A stretch of 63,810 nt of DNA, the filler included, from an uncultured Acidimicrobiia bacterium (GTDB taxonomy: Bacteria; Actinomycetota; Acidimicrobiia; Spongiisociales; JAOTWH01), in assembly GCA_964347285.1 (NCBI GenBank). It is 3 parts of 3 records of this genome, joined end to end, with 100 filler letters (N's around TTAATTAATTAA, not from the genome) between each part and the next. Parts side by side here need not be neighbours in the genome. Positions count along the whole stretch, not along the records: positions 1 to 21,964 come from CAYFYE010000040.1; 2 more parts are not named here. The stretch is one strand, 5' to 3'. The notes under the pieces were generated by a model. It ran no database searches. It saw only the letters and a list, made by a program, of their open reading frames with translations, and was not told the DNA's origin. Below, one piece after another: positions 11,277 to 21,091 of the stretch. Both the position numbers and the translations under genes were made by a program. The first letter of the stretch is position 1; every line of letters begins with the position of its first letter.

Positions 11277-12359
11277 TTGGACGTCTTCGAGGCCATAGGG
11301 GCCGAGGGCCACGAAGAAGTGGTATTCGGCTCCGATGCGGTATCAGGTCTCAAGACCATCATCGCCATCCATTCCACGACCCTGGGTCCCGCTCTCGGCG
11401 GGACTCGCTTTTATCCCTATGGCTCCGAAGATGAGGCACTGGCCGACGTGCTGCGTCTGTCCCGGGCGATGACGTTCAAGGCGGCGGCGGCCGGCCTGGA
11501 TCTGGGCGGGGGCAAGGCGGTGATCATCGGCGATCCGGGGACCGACAAGTCGGAGCGACTGTGGCGAGCCTACGGCCGTATCGTCGACTCGCTCCAGGGC
11601 CGGTACATCACCGCCGAGGACGTGGGCACCGACCACTTCGACATGGACGTCATCCGCCACGAGACGCGCTGGGTGGTCGGCCTTCCCAAAGCCGAAGCGG
11701 GGTCGGGCGACCCGTCGCCGGCCACCGCCCGGGGGTTGATGAGGGCACTGTCGGCGGTCGCCGAGCACGTGTGGGGCGATAGCGACCTGGGAGGAAAGGT
11801 CGTTGCGATCCAGGGGACCGGAAAGGTGGGGCGAGACCTGGTCCGCCGTCTGGTGAAGGCCGGGGCTCGCGTCGTCGCCACCGACGTGTTCGGGCCCAAC
11901 CTCCAGATGGTGATCGATGACTACGGTGTCGAGGTCGTCGAACCCGAAGAGATATACGACGTCGAGTGCGACATCTTCTCCCCCTGCGCTTTGGGGGGAA
12001 CCCTCAACAGCGGAACCATTCCCCGACTGAAGTGCCGGGCCGTAGTGGGACCCGCCAACAATCAGCTGGAGCAGGACAAGGACGCCGAGCGTCTACGTGA
12101 GGCGGGCATCGTCTACGCCCCCGATTTCGTCGTCAACTCGGGCGGCCTCATCAACGTCTGGGAGGAAAGGCGTGGCTACCAGGAGGAGCGCGCCGCACAC
12201 AACATCGACAAGATCTACGGATTGACCAAGCACATTCTCGAAGAGGCGAACGAGCGTGACTGCTCGCCTCTCGAATCGGCCATGCAGCTCGCCACCGAGC
12301 GGATCGAAAAGATCGGCCGGCTTCGCCTCTTCCGGAGAAGCGGCGACGATCGAGCCTGA
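11277..12359 (+). CDS. Leu/Val/Phe dehydrogenase
   Basis: IAIHSTTLGPALGGTR, LSRAMTFK, GGGKAVI, YITAEDVGT, GSGDPS, PCALG, ANNQL. Confidence 0.93.
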   Translation: MDVFEAIGAEGHEEVVFGSDAVSGLKTIIAIHSTTLGPALGGTRFYPYGSEDEALADVLRLSRAMTFKAAAAGLDLGGGKAVIIGDPGTDKSERLWRAYGRIVDSLQGRYITAEDVGTDHFDMDVIRHETRWVVGLPKAEAGSGDPSPATARGLMRALSAVAEHVWGDSDLGGKVVAIQGTGKVGRDLVRRLVKAGARVVATDVFGPNLQMVIDDYGVEVVEPEEIYDVECDIFSPCALGGTLNSGTIPRLKCRAVVGPANNQLEQDKDAERLREAGIVYAPDFVVNSGGLINVWEERRGYQEERAAHNIDKIYGLTKHILEEANERDCSPLESAMQLATERIEKIGRLRLFRRSGDDRA

Positions 12360-12373
12360 CGAGGACTGAGAAC

Positions 12374-14404
12374 GTGACCGTCGAGACTCAAGCGACCCGC
12401 GATCATCGCTCGCTGGGGATTCCCGACGCCGAGCTGATCGGGATGTACGAGACCATGGTCTTGGCCCGGCGGCTCGACGAGCGCATGTGGGCGCTGAACC
12501 GCCAGGGCCGAGCCCCGTTTGTCGTGTCGGCCGCCGGCCACGAGGCCATCCAGGTGGGGGCCGCCTTCGCTCTCGACCGCGAGCAGGACTGGGGGCTGCC
12601 GTACTACCGGGACGTCGCCGTCAATTTGGCTCTGGGGGTATCGGTCGAGGACATCCTTTTGGGGGTCTTCGGCCGAGGCGCCGATCCCGCCAGCGGGGGC
12701 CGGCAGATGCCCAACCACTGGTCCGACCCGTCGCGACGGATCTTCACCCACTCGTCGGTCGTGGCCACCCAGTTCCCCCACGCCTGCGGCATTGCCTACG
12801 CCCTCAAGATGGAGGAGCGGCCCGGTGTCGTCGCGGCCTTCGGGGGAGAAGGGTCGACGTCCGGGGGCGACTGGCACGAGGCGATGAACTTCGCCGCCAT
12901 CCACCAGCTTCCGGTGGTGTTCATCATCGAGAACAACCAGTACGCCATCTCTGTGCCGGAGGCCCAGGAAGTGGCCGGTGACATCGCCGCTCGGGCCATC
13001 GGCTACGGGATGCCGGGCGTCGCCGTCGACGGCAACGATGTGCTGGCGTCTTACGAGGCGGTCAAGGAGGCCGTCGATCGGGCCCGGAGCGGCGATGGGC
13101 CGACCCTGGTGGCGGCCCGCACCTACCGCTTCTACGCCCACACCTCCGACGACGACGATCGGCTCTACCGGAGCGCCGACGAGGTCGAGGAATGGCGCCG
13201 GCGCGATCCGATCACAATCCTGCACCAGTACCTGGTCGAGAGCCGGCTTCTCGACGAGGCGGCCGAGGCTGCCATCGACGAGGAGGCCACCACGACGGTG
13301 GCCCAGGCGGTGCAGGCGGCCGACGCCGCTCCGGTGGGGCGGGATCCACTGGCCAAGGTGTACGCCAACCCGATCACGACCACCGAGGCCGCCACCACTG
13401 CCGAGCCGATCCCCCAAGGGGAAGAAGTCAACTTGATCACCGCCATCAACTCCACGCTTCATGAGATCATGGCGGCGATTCCGGAGACGGTCGTATTCGG
13501 CGAGGACGTTGCCGACCCCAAAGGGGGCGTCTTCAAGGCAACCGAAGGCCTTACCGAGGCATTCGGGACGGCCCGCTCCTTCAACACCCCGCTGGCCGAG
13601 TCGCTGATCGTCGGCATTGCGGTGGGAATGGGGGCAGCCGGAGTCCGGCCCCTCGCCGAAATCCAGTTCGCCGACTTCATTCACCCTGCTTTCGACCAGC
13701 TGGTGTCGGAAGCGGCCCGGATCCACTACCGCTCAGACGGCGGTTGGGGCTGCCCCATCGTGGTGCGCACGCCGTACGGCGGAGGCATCCACGGCGCCCT
13801 TTATCACAGCCAGTCCATCGAGGCCTTCTACTCCCACGTTCCCGGCCTCAAAGTGGTGGTGCCGTCGACGCCTGCCGACGTCAAGGGCTTGCTGTGGTCT
13901 GCCGTGGAAGATCCGGATCCGGTCCTGTTCTTGGAGCCGAAAAAGCTCTATCGGCTGGCTACCGGCCCCTTCCCCAAGGGGGACTACCGGGTGCCGCTGG
14001 GCCGGGCGGCCCTGCGGCGCACCGGAGAAGACCTGGTGATCATCGCCTACGGGACCATGGTTCACTTCGCCGTCGAGGCCGCCGACCGTCTTGCCCAGGA
14101 GGGAATCGATGCCGGCGTGCTCGACTTGCGCAGCCTCAAGCCATTCGACTGGCCGTCGGTGCAGGCGGCGGTCGAGGCCACCGGGAAGATCCTCATCGTC
14201 TACGAGGACAACGAGTTCGGTGGCTACGGCGCCGAGGTTGCCGCCCAGATCGGTGAGAAGGCATTCGAGTGGCTGGACGCCCCGGTGCGCCGCTATGCCA
14301 GCCCCGACGTTCCCTCCTACCCCTACGCCCCGGAGCTGGAGGCCATGCTGATGCCCAACGCCGAGGGGATCGCAGAGCGGGCCCGGGAGCTCGCCGCCTA
14401 CTAG
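12374..14404 (+). CDS. 2-oxoacid (probably branched-chain) dehydrogenase E1, fused alpha+beta subunits
   Basis: PYYRD, GRQMPNHW, TPP motif GEGSTSGGDWHEAMNFA..NNQYAIS; beta part FGEDV, EIQFADF, HSQS, LEPK. Confidence 0.92.
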   Translation: MTVETQATRDHRSLGIPDAELIGMYETMVLARRLDERMWALNRQGRAPFVVSAAGHEAIQVGAAFALDREQDWGLPYYRDVAVNLALGVSVEDILLGVFGRGADPASGGRQMPNHWSDPSRRIFTHSSVVATQFPHACGIAYALKMEERPGVVAAFGGEGSTSGGDWHEAMNFAAIHQLPVVFIIENNQYAISVPEAQEVAGDIAARAIGYGMPGVAVDGNDVLASYEAVKEAVDRARSGDGPTLVAARTYRFYAHTSDDDDRLYRSADEVEEWRRRDPITILHQYLVESRLLDEAAEAAIDEEATTTVAQAVQAADAAPVGRDPLAKVYANPITTTEAATTAEPIPQGEEVNLITAINSTLHEIMAAIPETVVFGEDVADPKGGVFKATEGLTEAFGTARSFNTPLAESLIVGIAVGMGAAGVRPLAEIQFADFIHPAFDQLVSEAARIHYRSDGGWGCPIVVRTPYGGGIHGALYHSQSIEAFYSHVPGLKVVVPSTPADVKGLLWSAVEDPDPVLFLEPKKLYRLATGPFPKGDYRVPLGRAALRRTGEDLVIIAYGTMVHFAVEAADRLAQEGIDAGVLDLRSLKPFDWPSVQAAVEATGKILIVYEDNEFGGYGAEVAAQIGEKAFEWLDAPVRRYASPDVPSYPYAPELEAMLMPNAEGIAERARELAAY

Positions 14405-14406
14405 CC

Positions 14407-14577
14407 GTGCTGTCCACGGAGATTGTTGACACGGTGAGGTGAGCCTCCCGTGGTTGTGTGGGTGTCGCACAACGCCCGACAACCGCAAGGAGGCTCGTGG
14501 TGCACGCTAACGCTCGTTTGAGTCCGCAGGGTCGCTGGATTCTGTGTGAACGGATTGCGGCTGGCCGGCCGGTCTAG
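14407..14577 (+). mobile_element. IS481-family left end and 5' transposase stub
   Basis: End-like GTGCTGTCCACGGAGATTGTTGACAC; leader hairpin GAGCCTCC...GGAGGCTC; ORF 14497-14577 VVHANARLSPQGRWILCERIAAGRPV* resembles the IS481 transposase N-terminus (HANARL.P.GR). Confidence 0.8.
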
Positions 14578-16121
14578 CCGCTTCCCCAGCCTCCCCCTCC
14601 GGGAGTGAGCACCCGGAGCCGATCACCGGCCCGCACCTCGAACGTAGCCTTTCCCGGCAATCGCTCGGGGGCCGATCCGGGGCGAATGAGCCAGTCCTCG
14701 CCGCAGGCGCCGGCCTCGCCTCCGGCCAATCCCCAGGGCCGGTTGCGCCGTCGGTCGCCCATGAGCGAGACCGTTGCCGGAGTCGAGAACTCCAGCTCGC
14801 GCTCGATGCCTTCTCCACCCGGGAACCTTCCGTCGCCGCCGCTGCCGCGCCGGAGCCGATAGCTCAGCACCCGAAACGGGTAGTGGGTCTCCAGGGACTC
14901 GATGGGGGTGTTCTTGGTGTTGGTCATACCGGTGTGGATGCCCGACTGGCCCCTCCTCCCGGGGCGGCCTCCTTGGCCGCCGGCAACGGTCTCGTAGTAG
15001 GCGAATTCGTCGGAGCCGACCAGCACGTTGTTCATGGTCCCCTGCGAAGCGGCCGGGACCCGGTCGGGAGCCGCTTTGGCCAGGGCGCCCAACAACACAT
15101 CGGCGATCCGCTGGCATGTCTCCACATTCCCGGCGGCTACCGCGGCCGGGGGATTCGGATTAACCAGCGAGCCCTCGGGAGCGGTCAACGACAGCGGGCG
15201 GTAGCAGCCGCCGTTGGCGGGGATGGTGGGGTCGGTGGCCACCCGCACCGCGTAATAGAGACAAGAGCGGGTGACTGCCTCCACCGCGTTGATGTTCCCT
15301 TCAATTTGAGGAGCAGTGCCGGCGAAGTCGGCCGAGAGCCGGTTTCCTTCGATGCGGATCGCGACCTCGATCGGTACGTCCCGAGAGCCCCACTCCATGG
15401 CGTCGCTGAATCGATACTCGCCGTCGGGGAGAGCCGCCAGGGCGGCCTGCATGCGGCGCTCGCCGTAGTCGAGAAGCTCTTTGGCAAGGGCCGAGTAGCG
15501 CTCCACGCCGGCGGCGCCGACCAGTTCGGCGAGGCGACGGGCACCGGCCTCGTTGGCTCCGAGCTGGGCGGACAGGTCACCGAGGCGCTCGGCAGGGGTG
15601 CGGGTGGCTGCCAGGAACACATCGGCAAATTCGGGAATCCATTCCCCGTCCCGCACGGCCTCGATGGGAGGGATCACCACGCCTTCTTGATGGATCGAGG
15701 TGGCGTGGGCTGGCATGGACCCGGGAGCTTCACCGCCGACGTCGGCGTGATGGGCTCGGTTGGCCACCCATCCTATGAGGCTGCTTCCGTGGTGGAGCGG
15801 TCTCACCAGGGTGAGGTCGTTGAGGTGGGTACCCCCGTCGTAGGGATCGTTGACGGCGTACTGGACGCCGGGCCGGCCCTCGGTGCCGAAGTGTTCGAGG
15901 ATCGCGGCCACCGAGGCCGGCATCGAGCCCAGGTGGACGGGGATGTGTTCGGCTTGAGCGAGCATCTCACCCGAGGGCACGAAGAGCGCCGCCGAGCAGT
16001 CGGCCCGCTCTTTGATGTTGGGGGAGTAGGCGGTGCGCCGCAGCACCGCTCCCATCTGGTCGGCCACCGACGACAGCTGGTTGCGAGCCACCTCGAGAGC
16101 AATCGGGTCGACTGTCACCAC
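14574..16121 (-). CDS. hydantoinase B / 5-oxoprolinase family protein
   Basis: RTAYSPNIKERADCS, HIPVHLGSM, NDPYDGGTHLND, HHADVGG.PGS, TPGGGGWG. Confidence 0.92.
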   Translation of the reverse strand: MVTVDPIALEVARNQLSSVADQMGAVLRRTAYSPNIKERADCSAALFVPSGEMLAQAEHIPVHLGSMPASVAAILEHFGTEGRPGVQYAVNDPYDGGTHLNDLTLVRPLHHGSSLIGWVANRAHHADVGGEAPGSMPAHATSIHQEGVVIPPIEAVRDGEWIPEFADVFLAATRTPAERLGDLSAQLGANEAGARRLAELVGAAGVERYSALAKELLDYGERRMQAALAALPDGEYRFSDAMEWGSRDVPIEVAIRIEGNRLSADFAGTAPQIEGNINAVEAVTRSCLYYAVRVATDPTIPANGGCYRPLSLTAPEGSLVNPNPPAAVAAGNVETCQRIADVLLGALAKAAPDRVPAASQGTMNNVLVGSDEFAYYETVAGGQGGRPGRRGQSGIHTGMTNTKNTPIESLETHYPFRVLSYRLRRGSGGDGRFPGGEGIERELEFSTPATVSLMGDRRRNRPWGLAGGEAGACGEDWLIRPGSAPERLPGKATFEVRAGDRLRVLTPGGGGWGSG

Positions 16122-18082
16122 TCCACCACCAGCGTTCCCGAGGGGTCGACGGCGGCCCGCTCACCTGGGCCGATCAACGTGGTGGCGTTTGCCTCCTCGA
16201 TCACGGCCGGGCCGACCACCTCGTCACCGGGGACCAGGCCGGGTCGCCACCAAACCCCCGCATCCACCGGCCCCCGACTGGTGAGGACGCGGCGCGTTCC
16301 CCGAGCGGCCTCACCCTCGGGCCGGGGGGCGGGAAGGTCGGCAAAGTCGAGTTCGGGAGTTTGCAGTGCCTCGGCCCGGACGGTGACCGCCTCGACGGGA
16401 TCGCCGGGGCGAGAGAAGCCGTTCTGCTCGAGATGGAGTAGATGGAAGCGTTCCTCCAGTTCGCTCCAGCCCTCACCGGCTCGGTAGGGAACCACGGTCT
16501 CGTGACTCTGACCCACGTAGCGCATGTCGACGAATGTGTGCACCCGTTCCGGATCTCTGCCCGTGCCGGCTCGAAGCTTCCCGGCGGCCGAGGCGGACAC
16601 CGCCTGCAACGCGCCTTCGAGGGCGTCGGCCCGGTGGACGCCCAGCAGAACGGTCCGGGCGCTGTCGTCGCGCGGGGGGCTGAGCAACAGTCCCAGGGCC
16701 GAGAAAACCCCGGCGTACGCGGGCACCACCACCCCGGCCATGTCGAGGCTGCGGGCCAGGGCGGTGGCGTGCAGACCTCCGGCGCCGCCGAACGCCACCA
16801 GGGTGGCCGATCGGGGATCGGCGCCCTCTTCCAGGGAAACCGCCCGAATCGCCCGGACCATGTGAGCCTCAATCACTTCGATGGCCCCCAGGGCGGTGTG
16901 GTCCACGTCCAGTTCGAGGGTGGCTCCCAGGCGCGCCAGCGACTCCCGGGCTGCCTGAGCATCGATCGCCAGCGTCCCGGCCAGGAGGCCTTTCGGATCG
17001 ATCCGACCCAGCCACAGGTTGGCATCGGTGATGGTCGGCGCCTCACCGCCGCGCCGGTAGCAGGCCGGGCCGGGGTCGGCTCCGGCGCTGTGCGGGCCGG
17101 CCCGTAAGGCGCCACCCTCATCGGCCCAGGCAATGCTGCCGCCTCCCGCTCCAACGGTGTGGATGGCCACCGCCGGAAGCCGGCACGGGTACCCAGCGAC
17201 GGCGCGCTCGTAGGAGACTTCGGGACGGCCCCCCTCGATGCGGCACACGTCGGTGGACGTGCCGCCCATGTCGAACGAGATCACCCGGTCGTAGCCGAGC
17301 GCCCGGCCCAGGGCGGCGGCCGCCACCGCACCTCCGGCCGGCCCGGAGAGAAGTATTGCCGCCGGCAACTCGGCGGCCCGGTCGGTGACCATGATTCCAC
17401 CTGAAGAGCGCATGATCCGCACCGAAGCGGGAAGGCCACCCTCCCGGGCCGTTCGACCGAGTCGGCGCAGGTAGTCCCTCACCACCGGCACCAGGTAGGC
17501 GTTCAGCACCGTGGTTGAGGTCCGCTCGAACTCGCGAAACTCGGGGGCCACGTCGGAAGAGAGCGAGATGGGTACGCCGAGGGGTTCCAGGGAACGGGCC
17601 ACCGCCCGTTCATGGTCGGAACGGGCGAACGAATGGAGCAGGGCAACGGCGATCGAAGCAGGCTCGACGCCGGCCACCCGGTCGGCCAGCTCGTCGAGGC
17701 CGGTGGCAGGAGCTTCCACGATCCCGCCCGGCCCGAGGCGTTCAGCGACCTCGAAGCGATCTTCCGGGACCACCAGCGGGGTGGGGCGCTCGGCCATGGG
17801 GTCGTACAGAGAAGGGCGATCTTGGCGTCCGATCTCCAGCACATCGGCGTAGCCGGCCGTGGTCACCAGTGCGGTGCGGGCTCCCTTACGCTCCAGTAGC
17901 GCGTTGGTGGCCACGGTCGTTCCGTGGACGAAGCTCTCGACCGCTCCTTCTACCCGGGCGGCGCCGGCGAGCACGCCTTCACTGGGGTCGCTGGTGGTGG
18001 GCACCTTGGCACTGCCCAGGCCGACTCCGTTCCACCACACCAGGTCGGTGAAGGTGCCTCCGACGTCGACGCCGAGCAACAC
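16115..18082 (-). CDS. hydantoinase A / 5-oxoprolinase family protein
   Basis: GVDVGGTFTD, HGTTVATNALLE, LSGPAGG, DMGGTSTD, GAGGGSIA, SAGADPGPACY. Confidence 0.92.
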   Translation of the reverse strand: MLLGVDVGGTFTDLVWWNGVGLGSAKVPTTSDPSEGVLAGAARVEGAVESFVHGTTVATNALLERKGARTALVTTAGYADVLEIGRQDRPSLYDPMAERPTPLVVPEDRFEVAERLGPGGIVEAPATGLDELADRVAGVEPASIAVALLHSFARSDHERAVARSLEPLGVPISLSSDVAPEFREFERTSTTVLNAYLVPVVRDYLRRLGRTAREGGLPASVRIMRSSGGIMVTDRAAELPAAILLSGPAGGAVAAAALGRALGYDRVISFDMGGTSTDVCRIEGGRPEVSYERAVAGYPCRLPAVAIHTVGAGGGSIAWADEGGALRAGPHSAGADPGPACYRRGGEAPTITDANLWLGRIDPKGLLAGTLAIDAQAARESLARLGATLELDVDHTALGAIEVIEAHMVRAIRAVSLEEGADPRSATLVAFGGAGGLHATALARSLDMAGVVVPAYAGVFSALGLLLSPPRDDSARTVLLGVHRADALEGALQAVSASAAGKLRAGTGRDPERVHTFVDMRYVGQSHETVVPYRAGEGWSELEERFHLLHLEQNGFSRPGDPVEAVTVRAEALQTPELDFADLPAPRPEGEAARGTRRVLTSRGPVDAGVWWRPGLVPGDEVVGPAVIEEANATTLIGPGERAAVDPSGTLVVEW

Positions 18083-18121
18083 GATCGCTACGATGCCGCC
18101 GCGTCGAGTGCGGGGCGGTAC

Positions 18122-18379
18122 ATGCCGGTGATCATCAGCCCGACCCCCAACCCCAACGCCCTCAAGTTCGAGGTGGGCCGGGACGTCGGTGGCCCGAAGA
18201 CCTTCGCCGTGGGGCAGGAGGTCGATGATCCCCTTGCCCAAGCCCTGCTGGGGCTAGCGGGGGTCACCAGCGTGTTCATGTCGGCCGACTTTGTCACGCT
18301 CACCAAGGGCCCCGATGGAAACTGGGAGGAAATCGCCGGCGAGGCGCAGCGGTTGATCGAGGAGCACTTCGCCTCCTGA
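18122..18379 (+). CDS. Nfu/NifU N-terminal domain protein
   Basis: PTPNPNALKF...PLAQALLGLAGVTSVF...DFVTLTK...W. Confidence 0.88.
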   Translation: MPVIISPTPNPNALKFEVGRDVGGPKTFAVGQEVDDPLAQALLGLAGVTSVFMSADFVTLTKGPDGNWEEIAGEAQRLIEEHFAS

Positions 18380-18382
18380 CGC

Positions 18383-19111
18383 TCAGGAGCGGCCCCACGC
18401 CAGATGCCATGGTTCCCGGTCGACGAGGGGGCCCATTCCGATCCGGGGGAGGAGCTCTGCTGCTCGGGTAAGCAGCCGGTTGATGCCTTCTTCGTCGAGG
18501 AACTGCAGGCTGCGCCAGCCCCCGGCCCGGGCATACGTCAGGTAATCGTCCACCGAGGCGAAGTGGCCGCGAGCCTCATCGATCGATGCCATGACGACGC
18601 TGCGCAGGCCGGCCCGGCCCAGCTCCAGGGACAAGGCAGTGGGAAGCACGGTCCGCGTCCGGAAATCGGCGAGCAGTTCCGGTTGCAGGTCGAATTGGAG
18701 GCGGGACGGATAGCGGGCCGCCGGCGATCCGACCAGACGTTCAAGGTCGAGTTCGCCGGCCAGTACCCCGCCCGCCGGCCGACAGACTCGGGCCGCCTCG
18801 GCGAGGACCCCGCCCAGCTCGGGCCGGGACCTCCATGCGTGGCGCACAACGACCAGGTCGATGCTGTCGTTGGGGAACCCGGTCGCACGCGCCGTAGCAG
18901 CCTCGAAGTCGACCTCCGGCGGATCGCGGGTCAGCAGCACCAAATCGGCCCGCTCATATGCCGCCGGGGGCGCCCCGGCCCGTTGGAAGGACTCGCCGAC
19001 CTCCGCCGCCCGATCGCCGATGATCAGCGTCGACCGTCCGATCGGGGCGCCGAGGTCGACGGCGATCGAGGCCCATTGAGGTGTCTCGAGAAGGGTTACG
19101 GTCTGGACCAC
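18383..19111 (-). CDS. divergent class I SAM-methyltransferase-like protein
   Basis: TGFPNDSIDLVV...LAEAARVCRPAGGV; motif I is degenerate. Confidence 0.6.
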   Translation of the reverse strand: MVQTVTLLETPQWASIAVDLGAPIGRSTLIIGDRAAEVGESFQRAGAPPAAYERADLVLLTRDPPEVDFEAATARATGFPNDSIDLVVVRHAWRSRPELGGVLAEAARVCRPAGGVLAGELDLERLVGSPAARYPSRLQFDLQPELLADFRTRTVLPTALSLELGRAGLRSVVMASIDEARGHFASVDDYLTYARAGGWRSLQFLDEEGINRLLTRAAELLPRIGMGPLVDREPWHLAWGRS

Positions 19112-19162
19112 GGTGGGCAGCGTAGCGCCGGGATGAGCGAGCTCCAGGGCAGCAACGGGGAT

Positions 19163-19933
19163 TCAGGCCGCTGGACCCGTATTGAAATGGGGGCGCACCC
19201 GGGGGTCCTCGAGGAGGATTTGTTGCTCGAGGTCGACGATCTCGTGCGTGGGTTCGAGGCCCAACTCGCCGAGCATCGATCGAAGTTCCTGACAGGCCCG
19301 CAGGGCCTCGGCGCGCCGGCCCTGGCGCGCCAGTGCCTGCATGAGCATGAACCACAGCCGCTCGCTGTACGGATGGTCTCGCACCGCCGCCTGCAGCCCA
19401 CCGACGATCTCGGCGTGCCTGCCGAGCGCCAGGTCGGCTTCGAAGTGCAGCTCGATCGCCATCGCCCGCAGCTCCTCGAGCCGGTGAGCCTCGGGAAGGA
19501 CGAACTCTTCATCGGACAAGTCGCCGAACGGCGGGCCCCGCCACAGGTCGAGGGCGCGCCGACACAGCTCCCGGGCCCGATCCGGGTTGGCATCGATGAC
19601 CTCTGCGGCCTGGCGGGCCAGGCGCTCGAACCGGCAGGCATCGATGCGGTCCGGCTCCACGTGGAGGACATAGGAGCGGTCCTCGCGGGTGATGGCATCA
19701 CGACCCAGCACCCGACGCAGCCTCGAGATGTGGGAGTGAACGATATCCGGGGCTGATGGCGGAGGGTCGTCTCCCCACAGGGCGTCGATGAGATGATCGA
19801 GCGACACTGCGTGGTTGGCACTGATGGCGAGGATCGATAGCACCGCCCTCGCTCGAGGACCTCCGACCGAAACGATTCCTCGAGGGCCGGTCGCCCTAAC
19901 GGGCCCCAACACGAACACCTGAAGGCCAGACAC
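19163..19933 (-). CDS. SARP/AfsR-family transcriptional regulator (wHTH + BTAD)
   Basis: VLGPV, LIDALWGDDPP, HISRLRRVLG, IDACRFERL, ALDLWRGPPF, HPYSERLW.LMQAL..GRRAEAL, ELGLEP. Confidence 0.92.
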   Translation of the reverse strand: MSGLQVFVLGPVRATGPRGIVSVGGPRARAVLSILAISANHAVSLDHLIDALWGDDPPPSAPDIVHSHISRLRRVLGRDAITREDRSYVLHVEPDRIDACRFERLARQAAEVIDANPDRARELCRRALDLWRGPPFGDLSDEEFVLPEAHRLEELRAMAIELHFEADLALGRHAEIVGGLQAAVRDHPYSERLWFMLMQALARQGRRAEALRACQELRSMLGELGLEPTHEIVDLEQQILLEDPRVRPHFNTGPAA

Positions 19934-20183
19934 AGGCCACCTCGGGCCCGTACCCCAGTATGTCGGATCGGGGGATGCCCCGATAGGGTCTTTTGTCGGA
20001 GTCCCGTCAGGTTTTTGACACGCGTCGGCTGAGAAAGCACCACTCCTCGACTCCAAAGCCTTCAGGCCATTGCAAGCCGGGAGACACAAGCTCACTGGCC
20101 TACCGAAACAAAGTCGTCACCCGCCGGCAACTCGCCTGAAGGGGCCTCCATGTACAAAGTCTGGTGAGAAAGGGGGAGGTGAA

Positions 20184-20785
20184 ATGCCCAAACTAGACAA
20201 GCGGTCGCAGGCGGATGAGCGCCGAGTGGCCGACGAGGGGGTCCGGGTTCGACCGGAGCGGGTCGCGCCGCCGATTGCGCGACGTCCTCGCAGGCTGGTT
20301 CGCTGGCTGGAGTGGATGATCGTGGTCCTCGTCATCGCGCTGGGAGCGGCCGGAATCGCCATCCTGCTCGGTGGAGAGGAAGAGGCCGCAGCGACTCCCT
20401 ACAACCTGGCCACCAACATGAGGGAGACCGGGGTGGTGGTGCCCGAGCCGGTAGCAGCTCCCTCCAACCTGGCCACCAACCTGAGGGAGGCCGGGGTGGT
20501 GGTGCCCGAGCCGGTNNNNNNNNNNNNNNNNNNNNNNNNNNNNNNNNNNNNNNNNNNNNNNNNNNNNNNNNNNNNNNNNNNNNNNNNNNNNNNNNNNNNN
20601 NNNNNNNNNNNNNNNCCTCCAACCTGGCCACCAACCTGAGGGAGGCCGGGGTGGTGGTGCCCGAGCCGGTAGCAGCTCCCTCCAACCTGGCCACCAACCT
20701 GAGGGAGGCCGGGGTGGTGGTGCCCGAGCCGGTCACCGCGCCGTACAACTTGGCGACCCAGATCCGTGAGGCGAACGTCGAATAG
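20184..20785 (+). CDS. membrane-anchored protein with 21-aa tandem repeats (spans a scaffold gap)
   Basis: GGAGG RBS; single TM WMIVVLVIALGAAGIAILLGG; repeats (Y/S)NLATNLREAGVVVPEPVAAP on both sides of the gap. Confidence 0.75.
20400..20780 (+). repeat. 63-bp coding tandem repeat, at least 5 copies
   Basis: Unit starts at 20400, 20463, (gap), 20618, 20681 and 20744 (last one degenerate). Confidence 0.92.
20516..20615. other. 100-N scaffold gap inside the tandem repeat
   Basis: N run flanked by repeat units. Confidence 0.98.
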
Positions 20786-21091
20786 CGGATGAGGCCGATC
20801 GACACCGGTTCGATGGGTGTTCGATAACCGGGTGTTCCGATACTGCTGGGCCGGCGGCCGCGCGCAAGCGATCAGCCGGTTCGCCTCCAGGTGAGCGGCC
20901 CCTCCCTACTGGTCGGCCGATCCGACCGGGGCGGTGGCGCTGGGGAAGCGAGTCGTTTGGCCTCGACGCCGCCGGGCTCGCTGCCCCGGAGCGGATGTCC
21001 ACCGGCCCGGCCGGCCTCATGGCTCGATGGCCGCCGCCCCTCTCCTCTGTTGGAGGCCCGTCGCCGGCGGATCGGTTGAGCGGTTCCGGCC

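Noticed and set aside
20040..20165. SARP heptamer boxes (CAAAGYC-like words)
   Set aside because: Spacing does not fit a clean 11/22-bp periodicity
20400..20780. CRISPR-like 63-bp periodicity
   Set aside because: The whole unit repeats, is a multiple of 3 and lies in a coding frame
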